Source of the DNA: Longimicrobiales bacterium
GTDB lineage: Bacteria > Gemmatimonadota > Gemmatimonadetes > Longimicrobiales > Gaopeijiaceae
Length of the DNA stretch: 64,000 bases
Direction: 5' to 3'
Assembly (NCBI GenBank): GCA_965116905.1
Contig: OZ220732.1
Location: forward strand, 2,784,001-2,848,000
The first letter of the stretch is position 1. Every line of letters begins with the position of its first letter. The notes beneath the pieces are model-generated. The model had not been told where the DNA came from and ran no database searches. It worked only from the letters and a program-made list of their open reading frames with translations. A program made the translations under genes and the position numbers. This document shows, one piece after another, positions 48,973 to 58,993 of the stretch.

Positions 48973-50241
48973 CTACCCGCGGCGTTCGGCCTCCCTCCAC
49001 CCGATATCGCGGCGGAATTGCCGCCCTTCGAAGGAGATCGCCTCCGCGGCCTCGCGGCTGCGTCGGCGTGCTTGCCGGAAGTCCCCGGCGGTGGCGGTGA
49101 CCGCCAATACGCGCCCGCCCGAGGTGACGAGCCCGCCCCCCTCCATCCGCGTGCCGGCGTGGAAGACCTCCACGCCCGCGGGCATGGGGGGCAGCGAGAT
49201 CGGGGCTCCCTTCGGGTATGCGCCAGGATAGCCCTCGGCCGCGAGCACCGTCGTTACGGCCGCGCCCTCTCGGAAGACGGGCGCGTGTCCGGCGAGCCCT
49301 CCGCCCTCCGCGATCGCCATCATGGGTTCCAGGAGCGACGAATCCAGAAGCGGCAGCACCGCCTGCGTCTCCGGATCGCCGAAGCGGCAGTTGAATTCGA
49401 CCACCCTGGGTCCGTTCGCGGTGATCATCAGCCCCGCGTAGAGGAGTCCGCTGAACGGAGAGCCGGATTCGGCCATCGCCCGAAGCACCGGTGCGACGAT
49501 GCGCTCGCCCACCTCGGTCATGAGGGCGTCCGTCACGAACCCCACGGGAGCGTACGCGCCCATCCCGCCCGTGTTCGGTCCCGTGTCGCCCTCGCCGATG
49601 CGCTTGTGGTCCTGGGAGGAGAGCAGGGGGACGAAGTCCTCGCCATGAGCCAGGCAGAATACGGACAACTCCTCCCCCTCCATGTATTCCTCGACGACCA
49701 CCTTGCTGCCCGCGTTTCCGAAGGCGCCGGCCAGCATGCTTCGTGCGGTGCGCACCGCCTCGTCCACCGTCTCGCACACCACCGCGCCCTTTCCCGCGGC
49801 GAGTCCCGATGCCTTGACGACGACCGGGGCGCCGCAGGCCTCGATGTATGCCGCCGCCTCCTCCGGGTCGGTGTGGACCTCGTATGCGGCCGTGGGCACG
49901 TCGGCCTCCGCCATCAGGTCCTTCGCGTACGCCTTGCTGGACTCGATCCGTGCCGCCGCCGCCGACGGGCCGAATGCCGGGACGCCGGACTGGCGCATGC
50001 GGTCGGCCATTCCGGCCGCGAGTGGCCCCTCCGGGCCGATCACCGCGAGGTCGATGCGGCGCGACGCGGCCCAGCCCGCCAGAGCCACGACATCGGTCGG
50101 GGCGATGTCGACCGCCGTGCATTCGTCCGTCATTCCTCCGTTGGGGCGGGTTGCGAAGAAGGAGGCGGCCGGCACGTCGTGCCGCAGCTTCCAGAGCAGG
50201 GCGTGTTCGCGGCCACCGTTGCCCACGATCAGGATACGCAT
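48973..50241 (-). CDS. purD: Phosphoribosylamine--glycine ligase
   Basis: GNGGREHAL, GPEGPL, KASGLAAGKG, GDTGPNTGGMGAY, EFNCRFGDPE. Confidence 0.97.
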   Translation of the reverse strand: MRILIVGNGGREHALLWKLRHDVPAASFFATRPNGGMTDECTAVDIAPTDVVALAGWAASRRIDLAVIGPEGPLAAGMADRMRQSGVPAFGPSAAAARIESSKAYAKDLMAEADVPTAAYEVHTDPEEAAAYIEACGAPVVVKASGLAAGKGAVVCETVDEAVRTARSMLAGAFGNAGSKVVVEEYMEGEELSVFCLAHGEDFVPLLSSQDHKRIGEGDTGPNTGGMGAYAPVGFVTDALMTEVGERIVAPVLRAMAESGSPFSGLLYAGLMITANGPRVVEFNCRFGDPETQAVLPLLDSSLLEPMMAIAEGGGLAGHAPVFREGAAVTTVLAAEGYPGAYPKGAPISLPPMPAGVEVFHAGTRMEGGGLVTSGGRVLAVTATAGDFRQARRRSREAAEAISFEGRQFRRDIGWREAERRG

Positions 50242-50253
50242 ATCGCTACGGGG

Positions 50254-51261
50254 TCATTTCCTGAAGGAATCCATGAAGCTGCCTCCCACGCGTTTCGCGG
50301 CGCCCGCGACCTGGTCGAGCAGGTCCTTTGCGCCCGTCTTGTAGGCGTCGGCCGCCTCCGCGACGTCCTCGCGATACGCGGGATCAGGTTCACCGCGGCG
50401 CTGGTATTCGCCTCGCAGGACCCTGTCGTATTCGCCCTCCTCGATCCAGCCGCGCAGTTCCGAAAGACGGAGGACCCAGAAGGGATGCGTCTGACCGAGC
50501 AGGTTCAGCACCTTGAAGACCTGGTCGGCGAGATCGCCGGATTCACGGTATTCCTCGGCCTGGTGAACGAACTCGGGCAGGGAGGTCTCCTCGTCCGCCC
50601 CGCCACCGGCCATCTTCAGCATCCCGGCCATGACCACGTCCGGATCCTGGATCGCGAGCAGTCCCGCCCGGTCGGCCGACAGCTCGCTCTTGCGCGACCA
50701 CTCCAGCAGCCCGACGAGGATCGCGCGGGCGGCCAGCCCGACGATGGGGAAGCCGAGCCCGGCCAGCTGGATGAGGAGCTGGGTCATCGTGCGGTAGAGC
50801 ACGTGGTCGCTCATGACGTGGCCCAGTTCGTGGCCGAGCACGTACGAGACCTGCCGGTCCGTGAGAAGCTCCAGCGTCCCCGAATTGAGAATGATGAACG
50901 GCTCCTTCATCCCGTACGCGCCGGCGTTCACGACCGGGTTCTGCGAGACGAAGAGCGGATACCGCTCCGGAGCGTCGAGGGTCTCGCACATGTCGCAGTA
51001 GAGATTCCAGATCCGCGGAAACTGGTTGGGACCGACGCGTACCGCGTTCGCCTGGAAGGCAAGCCGGATCGGCTTTTCCCCGAAGATGCCGAACAGCGCG
51101 CGCAGGACCTGGTCGAACATGGGGAGCTTGCGCAGCGCAGCGAGCGCGGCGCGGTCCGCGCTGTGTTCCCAGGCCCGCGAGGAGATGTCGGTCAGGATGC
51201 GTCTCGAGCGGGCGTCGCCGTCCGAGGCGCCGCCGTGCGTGTAGTTGTCGTTTTCGGTCAT
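50254..51261 (-). CDS. M48 family zinc metallopeptidase
   Basis: VLGHELGH, SELSADRAG, THP. Confidence 0.9.
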   Translation of the reverse strand: MTENDNYTHGGASDGDARSRRILTDISSRAWEHSADRAALAALRKLPMFDQVLRALFGIFGEKPIRLAFQANAVRVGPNQFPRIWNLYCDMCETLDAPERYPLFVSQNPVVNAGAYGMKEPFIILNSGTLELLTDRQVSYVLGHELGHVMSDHVLYRTMTQLLIQLAGLGFPIVGLAARAILVGLLEWSRKSELSADRAGLLAIQDPDVVMAGMLKMAGGGADEETSLPEFVHQAEEYRESGDLADQVFKVLNLLGQTHPFWVLRLSELRGWIEEGEYDRVLRGEYQRRGEPDPAYREDVAEAADAYKTGAKDLLDQVAGAAKRVGGSFMDSFRK

Positions 51262-52418
51262 GTCCCGTCCTTGCGTGATAGCGCCTGTTCGATGTCCTCT
51301 ACGAGGTCGGCCGCGTCTTCGATTCCGGCCGAGAGCCGGACCAACCCGTCGGTGATGCCCATCCGCAGCCTCTCGTTCTCCGGAACGGACGCGTGCGTCA
51401 TGAGGGAGGGGATGCAGATCATCGATTCGACGCCGCCAAGACTCTCCGCGAGACGGAAGATTCTGGTGCCCTCGGCCATTTTCCGGGCGTCGGCCTCGGC
51501 GAGTTCGGCCGAGACCATCCCCGAAAAGCCCGTCATCTGACGGCGTGCCAGTGGGTGTTGGGGGTGTGACGGCAGCCCCGGATAGTGCACCCGGCGGACG
51601 AGCGGGTGGGACTCCAGGAATTCGGCGATGCGCATGCCGTTCTCGTTGTGGCGCTCCATGCGGAGGTGCAGCGTCTTCGTGCCGCGCAGGGTCAGCCAGG
51701 AGTCGAAGGGTCCGGGGACCGGTCCGGTGGACTTCCGCACGAAGAAGAGTTCCTCGGCGAGCGCGTCATCGTCGAGCACGATGACGCCCCCGAGCACGTC
51801 GGAGTGGCCGTTCAGGTACTTCGTCGTCGAGTGCACGACGGCGTCCGCCCCCAGCGCCAGCGGGGTCTGGTTGCAGGGCGACGAAAACGTGTTGTCCACG
51901 CACAGGAGCGCACCGGCGGTCCTGGCCGTGCGGGCGAGTGCCCCGATATCGGCGATCCGCATGAGGGGATTCGACGGCGTCTCCAGGTGGATCAGTCCCG
52001 TGTCGGGGCGCATTGCCGCGCGTACCGCCGCCACGTCGCGGGTGTCGACCAGGGTGACCTCGACCCCGAGCCGGTCGAGGACCTGTGTGAACATTCGCGT
52101 GGTGCCGCCGTAGGTGTTCTCCTCGCTCACCACGTGACCGCCGGCCGCCACGGTCTTGACGAGGCACTCGATCGCCGCGAGTCCGCTCGAGAAGGATATC
52201 CCGTGCCGGGCGCCCTCCAGGTCGGCGATGTTCGCCTCGGCGGCTTCCCGGGTCGGATTCTGCAGGCGCGCGTACTCGTAGCCCCGGTGTCGGCCGACCC
52301 CGTCCTGGACGTACGTGGAAGTCTGGAAGACCGGCGTGGTGATCGCACCCGTGACGGACTCCGGCGATTGCCCCGCGTGAACGCAGCGCGTGCCGAAGCG
52401 GACCGTCGGATCGGACAA
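51258..52418 (-). CDS. Cystathionine gamma-synthase/lyase family protein
   Basis: YEYARLQNPTR, ETPSNP, VDNTF, HSTTKYLNGHSD, LAESLGGVES. Confidence 0.93.
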   Translation of the reverse strand: MSDPTVRFGTRCVHAGQSPESVTGAITTPVFQTSTYVQDGVGRHRGYEYARLQNPTREAAEANIADLEGARHGISFSSGLAAIECLVKTVAAGGHVVSEENTYGGTTRMFTQVLDRLGVEVTLVDTRDVAAVRAAMRPDTGLIHLETPSNPLMRIADIGALARTARTAGALLCVDNTFSSPCNQTPLALGADAVVHSTTKYLNGHSDVLGGVIVLDDDALAEELFFVRKSTGPVPGPFDSWLTLRGTKTLHLRMERHNENGMRIAEFLESHPLVRRVHYPGLPSHPQHPLARRQMTGFSGMVSAELAEADARKMAEGTRIFRLAESLGGVESMICIPSLMTHASVPENERLRMGITDGLVRLSAGIEDAADLVEDIEQALSRKDGT

Positions 52419-52479
52419 ATCGAACTCCTCGGAATGGGGGGTGGCAGGAGGCTCACGCGGCGTGATTCCCGTCCCAATC

Positions 52480-52552
52480 TAGCAGTCCGTGGACAAAGCC
52501 GCCCGGATGAATCGCCGCTCGAATGCCGCCGGATTCCTTCCACGGACTGCTA
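52480..52552. mobile_element. 73-bp MITE/REP-like element with perfect 14-bp terminal inverted repeats
   Basis: TAGCAGTCCGTGGA (52480-52493) ... TCCACGGACTGCTA (52539-52552). The left end recurs at 63885. Confidence 0.65.
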
Positions 52553-52618
52553 CCTTTGCTTCAGGCCTCGCTCCCGGCCGCCGAGCGTCGGGCTTTCCCC
52601 ATCGACCAGCTGTACCTC

Positions 52619-54025
52619 ATGCCGATCCAGCTTCCTTCCGACCTCATGGTCAGCGTGTCCGGTTTCCGGGGAGTGGTGGGCGCGCCCCTCACGCCCGAAC
52701 TGGTGACGGGTCTCGGGGCGGCGTACGGGACGTTTCTGAGGGATGAGGGCGACCTGGGGAACGTCGTCGTGGGCCGGGATTCCAGGACTTCGGGGCCGAT
52801 GCTGCAGCGGGCCGTCGTAGCAGGCCTTCTCTCGGCGGGGTGCGACGTGGTCGAGCTCGGCATTGTTCCCACGCCCACGCTGATGCTCGCGGTGCGCGAC
52901 GCGGACGCCGCGGGGGGAATCGCCGTCACGGCCAGCCACAATCCCGCGGAGTGGAATGCGCTGAAATTCGCGGTGCGGGGCGGGACCTTCCTGCCGCCCG
53001 AGAGAATGGCGCGCTTCCAGGCCATGGTCCGGCGGTCCGATCCGGTCCGCGCCGGCTGGGATCGGCTGGGCGGGGCGATACGGGACCGTGGCGCGGTGGA
53101 GCGTCACGTCGAGCGCATCCTGGAGCTTGCGTGCCTCGATGTCGACGCCATTCGGGCGCGGCGGATCCGCGTGGCGCTCGACTGCGTCAACGGGGCGGGG
53201 GGCGTGATCATGCCCGCCCTGCTCGACCGTCTCGGATGCCGCGTGCACGCCATCGGAGTCGAGCCGAACGGCCGCTTCCCCCGCGATCCCGAGCCCACGG
53301 CGGCCAACCTGGGCGACCTGGCCGAGCTGGTGCGCGCGAGCGGAGCCGAGATCGGGTTCGCCGTGGATCCCGATGCGGACCGCCTTTCGCTGGTGGACGA
53401 GGAGGGCGTGCCGCTCGGCGAGGACCTGACGCTGGCGCTGGCGGCGGATGTCGTCCTGGGGCGCGGCGGCGGATGCGCGGTGACCAACCTGTCGACCAGC
53501 CGGATTCTGGACGACGTGGCGCGGATGCACGGGTGCCGCGTGGTGCGCGCGCCGGTCGGCGAGATCAACGTTGTCGTGCGCATGATCGACGAGGGGGCGG
53601 TGGTGGGCGGCGAGGGCAACGGGGGCGTGATCCTGCCCGCGCTGCACCACACCCGCGATGCGGCGGCGGGCGCGGCTCTGCTCCTGCAGTACGTGGTCGA
53701 CGCGCAGGGAGTGACCCTTTCGGGCCAGGTGGGCCGGCTGCCCTCGTACCGGATCGTCAAGGAGAAGGTCGCGTTTCCGCGGGCCCTCCTCGACGACGCC
53801 TACGCGGCTCTCGGGCGCGAGCTGCCGGCGGGCGAGCGGGACGAGAGCGACGGACTTCGCCTGGCGTGGACGCAGGAGGCGAGTTGGCTGCACGTCCGTC
53901 CGTCGGGCACGGAGCCCGTCGTGCGCCTGATCGCGGAGGCGCCCGAGGCCGCGTCCGCCCGTGGACTGGTGGACCGGGCGAGGCACACTCTGGCGGCCAC
54001 GGCGAGCAGCTCGGCGCGCGCCTGA
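52619..54025 (+). CDS. glmM: Phosphoglucosamine mutase (alpha-D-phosphohexomutase)
   Basis: GRDSRTSG, TASHNP, DPDADR, GGEGNGG, RPSGTEP, adjacent to glmS. Confidence 0.88.
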   Translation: MPIQLPSDLMVSVSGFRGVVGAPLTPELVTGLGAAYGTFLRDEGDLGNVVVGRDSRTSGPMLQRAVVAGLLSAGCDVVELGIVPTPTLMLAVRDADAAGGIAVTASHNPAEWNALKFAVRGGTFLPPERMARFQAMVRRSDPVRAGWDRLGGAIRDRGAVERHVERILELACLDVDAIRARRIRVALDCVNGAGGVIMPALLDRLGCRVHAIGVEPNGRFPRDPEPTAANLGDLAELVRASGAEIGFAVDPDADRLSLVDEEGVPLGEDLTLALAADVVLGRGGGCAVTNLSTSRILDDVARMHGCRVVRAPVGEINVVVRMIDEGAVVGGEGNGGVILPALHHTRDAAAGAALLLQYVVDAQGVTLSGQVGRLPSYRIVKEKVAFPRALLDDAYAALGRELPAGERDESDGLRLAWTQEASWLHVRPSGTEPVVRLIAEAPEAASARGLVDRARHTLAATASSSARA

Positions 54026-54026
54026 C

Positions 54027-55865
54027 ATGTGCGGGATCATCGGATACGTGGGACCCCGGCCGGCCGGCCCCATTCTCATGGAGGGCCTCAGGCGGCTCGA
54101 GTACCGCGGGTACGACTCGGCGGGGATTGCCGTGCTCGGCGCGGACGACGGGCTCCGGGTGACGAAGCGGCCCGGCAAGATCAGCGAACTGGAGGACGCG
54201 CTGGGTGGCCGGCCTCCGCCCGGCGACTGCGGCATCGCGCACACGCGGTGGGCCACCCACGGTCCCCCCAGCGAGGCCAACGCGCACCCCCAGCTGTCGC
54301 CGGCGCTGGATATCGCGCTCGTCCACAACGGGATTATCGAGAGCGCGGGCCGCCTGCGTCCGAGATTGCGCGACCTGGGGTACGAGTTCCGCAGTCAGAC
54401 CGACACGGAGGTGCTCGTCCACCTGATCGACCTGGCCTTTCGCGACACCGGCCGACTGGAGGATGCGGTCGCGAATGCCGTGTCGCAGGTCGAGGGAACC
54501 TACGGGATCGCGGTGGTCAGCTCCCGTGACCCGGGGAAGATCGTCGTCGCGCGCAACGGCAGCCCGGTCCTTCTCGGCGTCGGCGCGGCGGACGAGTACT
54601 TCGTCACCTCCGACGCGGCCGCGATCGTGGCGCACACGCAGAAGGTCGTGCGGCTGCGCGACGGCGACTCCGCGGTGCTCACCCGCGACGGCTACCGGAC
54701 CTTCGATCCCGCGCGGCGGGCGGTGACGAGGGGCGCGCACATCGTCGCCTGGGGAGCGGATTCGATCGGCAAGGGCGGGTACGACCATTACATGGACAAG
54801 GAGATCCGGGAGCAGGCGTCCTCGCTGCGCGACGTGATGCGGGGCCGGCTCCTGGAACGGGACGGCACATCCAGGCTGGGCGGTCTGGCCGCGGCGAACC
54901 GGGATCTGCGCGGCGTGACCCGAATCGTGATCACCGCTTGCGGCACGAGCTGGCACGCCGGGCTGATCGGCGGCTACATGCTCGAGGAGATGGCCCGGAT
55001 CCCCGTCACCGTAGAGTACGCTTCGGAGTTCCGCTACCGGAACACCGTGCTCGACCGGGGCACGCTGGTCATGGGGATCAGCCAGTCCGGAGAGACGGCC
55101 GACACCCTGGCGGCGTTGCGCGAGGCCCGCAGACGGGGCTGCCGCACCATGGGAATCGTGAACGTCGTGGGGTCCAGCATCGCGGCCGAGACGGACTTCG
55201 GCGTGTACCTGCACGCGGGCCCCGAGATCGGGGTGGCTTCCACCAAGTCCTTCTCCAGCCAGATCGTGGCGCTGGCGCTCTTCACCCTGCACATGGCTCG
55301 TGCGCGCGGCATGTCGGTCGTGGAGGGCCGCGAGATCGTTCGGGCGCTCGGCGGGCTGCCGGCGCTCGTCGAAGAGGTGCTGAAGGTGGGCGACCGGATC
55401 GAGGAGCTGGCGCACAGATACCACACCGCCCCGAATTTCCTGTACCTGGGCCGGGGCTATCAGTTTCCGGTGGCCCTCGAGGGCGCCTTGAAGTTGAAGG
55501 AGGTAAGCTACATTCATGCAGAGGGTTACCCTGCGGCAGAGATGAAACACGGACCGATCGCGCTGATCGACGAGAACATGCCCGTCGTGGTGCTTGCGCC
55601 CCGTGACGCCGTGTATTCCAAGACCCTTTCGAATATCCAGGAGGTGCGCGCACGCCACGGACGGATCATTGCGGTCGTGAACGACGAGGACGATGAGGTC
55701 ACCGATCTCGCGCACGAGCGGATCGTGATTCCGGCGACGATCCCGGCCCTGATGCCCGTGCTCACCACCGTGCCGCTGCAGCTGCTCGCCTACCATATCG
55801 CCGTAATGCGCGGATGCGATGTCGACCAGCCACGCAACCTTGCCAAGTCGGTGACGGTCGAGTGA
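54027..55865 (+). CDS. glmS: Glutamine--fructose-6-phosphate aminotransferase
   Basis: [46 protein letters not shown]. Confidence 0.98.
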   Translation: MCGIIGYVGPRPAGPILMEGLRRLEYRGYDSAGIAVLGADDGLRVTKRPGKISELEDALGGRPPPGDCGIAHTRWATHGPPSEANAHPQLSPALDIALVHNGIIESAGRLRPRLRDLGYEFRSQTDTEVLVHLIDLAFRDTGRLEDAVANAVSQVEGTYGIAVVSSRDPGKIVVARNGSPVLLGVGAADEYFVTSDAAAIVAHTQKVVRLRDGDSAVLTRDGYRTFDPARRAVTRGAHIVAWGADSIGKGGYDHYMDKEIREQASSLRDVMRGRLLERDGTSRLGGLAAANRDLRGVTRIVITACGTSWHAGLIGGYMLEEMARIPVTVEYASEFRYRNTVLDRGTLVMGISQSGETADTLAALREARRRGCRTMGIVNVVGSSIAAETDFGVYLHAGPEIGVASTKSFSSQIVALALFTLHMARARGMSVVEGREIVRALGGLPALVEEVLKVGDRIEELAHRYHTAPNFLYLGRGYQFPVALEGALKLKEVSYIHAEGYPAAEMKHGPIALIDENMPVVVLAPRDAVYSKTLSNIQEVRARHGRIIAVVNDEDDEVTDLAHERIVIPATIPALMPVLTTVPLQLLAYHIAVMRGCDVDQPRNLAKSVTVE

Positions 55866-56302
55866 GGGTCGTCCTGCAGCGCGTGGCGGAGGCCGCGGTG
55901 GAAATCGACGGCGCGGTCGTGGGCTCGATCGGGCCCGGTCTCGTGGTGCTCGCCGGCTTCACCGACGGAGATGGTCCGGACACCGTGTCGTGGATGGCCG
56001 ACAAGATCGCGAACCTGCGCATCTTCGCCGACGCCGAGGGACGGATGAATCGCTCGGTGCTCGACAGCGGGGGCGAGGTGCTCGTCGTGAGCCAGTTTAC
56101 CCTGTATGGTGACGCGCGGAAGGGCCGGCGGCCCTCGTTCGTGAAGGCGGCACGGCCCGAAGTCGCGGTGCCGCTCTACGAGGCTTTCGTGGAGGCGCTG
56201 GACCGCGTGGTGCCCCGGCCCGTGCAGACCGGCCGCTTCGGCGCGGCCATGAACGTGTCGCTCGTCAACGACGGGCCGGTCACGTTGATGATGGAACGGT
56301 GA
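55862..56302 (+). CDS. dtd: D-aminoacyl-tRNA deacylase
   Basis: RVVLQRV, SQFTL, KGRRPSF, NDGPVT. Confidence 0.96.
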   Translation: MRVVLQRVAEAAVEIDGAVVGSIGPGLVVLAGFTDGDGPDTVSWMADKIANLRIFADAEGRMNRSVLDSGGEVLVVSQFTLYGDARKGRRPSFVKAARPEVAVPLYEAFVEALDRVVPRPVQTGRFGAAMNVSLVNDGPVTLMMER

Positions 56303-56320
56303 CGAAACGATGAAACAACA

Positions 56321-56992
56321 ATGATGGGAGAAGCGCCAGCCGCCCCGGTGCCCGGGACCGCGGCGCGAGCCGGGGGAGCACCGGATATCGTGCTTGCCTC
56401 GGCGTCCCCGCGGCGCGCCGCCGTGCTGGGAATGCTGGGTCTCTCCTTCTCGGTCGTGCCCGCGGACGTGGAGGAGCGGCGCGAGCAGGGAGAGCCGCCT
56501 CGCCGCTACGTGGAGCGTCTGGCCCGTGCGAAGGCGCGCCGAGTCATGGCCGCCCAACCGGGTGCGCTGGTGATCGGGGGCGACACGGTCGTGGCGATGG
56601 ACGGGCGCGTTCTGGAGAAGCCGCGGGGCGGGGCCGAGGCAGTGCGCATGCTGTCGTCGCTGTCGGGCAGGGAGCACGTGGTGTACAGTGGGCTGGCCGT
56701 GGCGGCGGGGGGCCGGATCGTGTCGAACGTGGCCACCGCGCGGGTGCGCTGCGGCACCCTTGCCCGCGAGGTCATCGAGGCCTACGTGGCGACCGGGGAG
56801 CCGCTCGACAAGGCGGGGGCGTACGGCATCCAGGGCCGGGGCGCCACGCTGGTCGAGCGCATCGAGGGCGACTACTACGCCGTGGTGGGGCTGTCGGTGG
56901 CGGCCCTGGTCCGCCTGTTCCCCGCGGTCGGCTACGAGTACCTGCCGGGCGGGCTGGTGACACGGTCCCGGCCGGAGGGCGGCGGGACGTGA
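56321..56992 (+). CDS. maf: Maf family nucleotide pyrophosphatase
   Basis: LASASPRR, GGDTVV, EKP, DKAGAYGIQG. Confidence 0.95.
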   Translation: MMGEAPAAPVPGTAARAGGAPDIVLASASPRRAAVLGMLGLSFSVVPADVEERREQGEPPRRYVERLARAKARRVMAAQPGALVIGGDTVVAMDGRVLEKPRGGAEAVRMLSSLSGREHVVYSGLAVAAGGRIVSNVATARVRCGTLAREVIEAYVATGEPLDKAGAYGIQGRGATLVERIEGDYYAVVGLSVAALVRLFPAVGYEYLPGGLVTRSRPEGGGT

Positions 56993-58482
56993 GCGCCACC
57001 GCGGTGCTCGCGCTGGACCAGGGGACCACCGGGTCCGCCGCGCTGGTGATCGGGTCGGACGGGGCCGTGTTGGGCAGGGCGTACTCCGAGTTCACGCAGC
57101 ACTTCCCGCGCCCGGGCCGGGTCGAGCACGACGCGGAGGAGATCTGGCGCGTGACGGCGCGCGTAGCCCGCGAGGCCGTTGCCGCCGCACGTGCGGAGAT
57201 CGCCGCCGTGGGGGTGACCAACCAGCGCGAGACGGTTGTCGTATGGGACCCGGAAACGCTGAAGCCGCTGCACCGGGCGATCGTGTGGCAGGATCGCCGC
57301 ACGGCCTCGTTCTGCCGCGAGTTGAAGGAGGCCGGCCACGAGGAGACGATCCGGCGGAGGACCGGGCTGCTCCTGGACCCATACTTCTCCGGCACCAAGC
57401 TGCGGTGGATCTTCGACCGGAGTCCGGAACTGGCGGCGCGCGCCCGGGCGGGCGAGCTGGCCGCTGGCACGATCGACTCCTGGCTCCTGGCCCGGATGAC
57501 CGGCGGCGCCGTGCACGCCACCGATCCCACGAATGCGTCGCGCACCCTCCTCTTCGACCTTGACAAAGGCGACTGGAGCCAAGAGCTCCTCGGACTTCTG
57601 GGCGTACCCCGGCACATTCTCCCGGAGGTCCGGCCGAGTTCGGGAGACTTCGGGGTCACGGACGGAGCCGCGTTCGGCCTGGAGGCGCCGATCGGGGGAA
57701 TTGCGGGTGACCAGCAGGCCGCGCTTTACGGACAGGGGTGCTGGGAGGCCGGATTCGGCAAGTGCACCTACGGCACCGGGGCGTTTCTGCTGCTGAACAC
57801 GGGAGAGCAGCGCGTGTCCTCCAGGCATGGGCTTCTCACGACGGCCGCCTGCGATGCGCGGGGTGGCCGCGCCTACGCGCTGGAGGGTTCGATCTTCATT
57901 GCGGGCGCGGCGATCCAGTGGCTCCGGGACGGCCTGGGGCTGCTGGACGACGCTGCCGCCAGCGAGGCAATGGCCCGATCGCTCGCAGCGAATGACGGCG
58001 TCTACCTCGTTCCCGCGTTCGCAGGCCTGGGCGCGCCCCACTGGCGTCCCGACGCGCGCGGAACCGTGACGGGACTGACCCGGGGCACCACGCGCGCCCA
58101 CCTGGTCCGGGCGGCATTGGAGGCGATGGCCTATGGCACCCGCGACATCGTGGTCGCCATGGAGCGCGACGCCGGCATCCGGGCCCGCGGGCTCCGCGCG
58201 GATGGTGGGGCGGCCCGGAACGACTGGCTGATGGAGTTCATGGCCGGCATCCTGGGCATCCCCGTCCGACGTCCGGACATGGTGGAGACGACGGCGCTCG
58301 GTGCCGCGGGGCTGGCAGGGCTGGCCACGGGCGTGTGGGACGATCCGGAAAGTTTTGCGGCCGCGTTCGGTACCGGACGCACCTTCGCGCCCCGATTCGG
58401 GCGGGACGAGCGCGAGGCCCTGATCGGCGGCTGGGACCGGGCGGTGCGAGCCACACTGGCGACGCTGGACGCTGAACGGTGA
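56989..58482 (+). CDS. glpK: Glycerol kinase
   Basis: LDQGTT, TNQRET, WQDRRT, YFSGTK, GDQQAAL, TYGTG, YALEGS. Confidence 0.97.
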   Translation: MSATAVLALDQGTTGSAALVIGSDGAVLGRAYSEFTQHFPRPGRVEHDAEEIWRVTARVAREAVAAARAEIAAVGVTNQRETVVVWDPETLKPLHRAIVWQDRRTASFCRELKEAGHEETIRRRTGLLLDPYFSGTKLRWIFDRSPELAARARAGELAAGTIDSWLLARMTGGAVHATDPTNASRTLLFDLDKGDWSQELLGLLGVPRHILPEVRPSSGDFGVTDGAAFGLEAPIGGIAGDQQAALYGQGCWEAGFGKCTYGTGAFLLLNTGEQRVSSRHGLLTTAACDARGGRAYALEGSIFIAGAAIQWLRDGLGLLDDAAASEAMARSLAANDGVYLVPAFAGLGAPHWRPDARGTVTGLTRGTTRAHLVRAALEAMAYGTRDIVVAMERDAGIRARGLRADGGAARNDWLMEFMAGILGIPVRRPDMVETTALGAAGLAGLATGVWDDPESFAAAFGTGRTFAPRFGRDEREALIGGWDRAVRATLATLDAER

Positions 58483-58570
58483 CCGTGCGTAGATTGAATG
58501 CACCGGTCGTCGTCGGGCCGGGAATCACTGCAGAAGAGTCGCCCTGGTCAGGGGCTGGAGCGAACGCGAT

Positions 58571-58993
58571 ATGAAGAACGGACGGTTTTTCGTCGGACTG
58601 GTCGGGGTGGCGGCCATGGTGGCCTGGCTGATGTGGACGGGGATCAGCGACAGCATGGTTTACTACCTCACGCCCAGTGAACTCATCGAGCGGGTGGAGG
58701 ACGACCCCACCTTCCACGAGCTCGGGGTCAAGGTTGGCGGGCAGGTGGTCGAGGGGTCGTGGGCCCGCAGGCAGAGTGGCGCCGGAACCCATGAGTTCCT
58801 GGTCGCCGACCTGGAGAATCCGGACGTGGCCTTCGCCGTCCGGTACGGGGACATTCTGCCGGACACCTTCAACGACCAGGCCGAAGTGGTCGTCGAGGGC
58901 ATCTTCGGAACCGACGGCGTCTTCCGCGCGCACACCGTCCTGACGAAGTGCGGGAGCCGGTTCGAGGCTGCCGAGGAGGAGCTGGCGGCGTGA
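58571..58993 (+). CDS. ccmE: Heme chaperone CcmE (Cys-type variant)
   Basis: YYLTPSE, YGDILPDTF, VVVEG, LTKCGSRF. Confidence 0.92.
   Translation: MKNGRFFVGLVGVAAMVAWLMWTGISDSMVYYLTPSELIERVEDDPTFHELGVKVGGQVVEGSWARRQSGAGTHEFLVADLENPDVAFAVRYGDILPDTFNDQAEVVVEGIFGTDGVFRAHTVLTKCGSRFEAAEEELAA

Noticed and set aside
52553..54027. glmS ribozyme
   Set aside because: glmS starts 1 nt after glmM, and no ribozyme core is recognisable upstream of glmM
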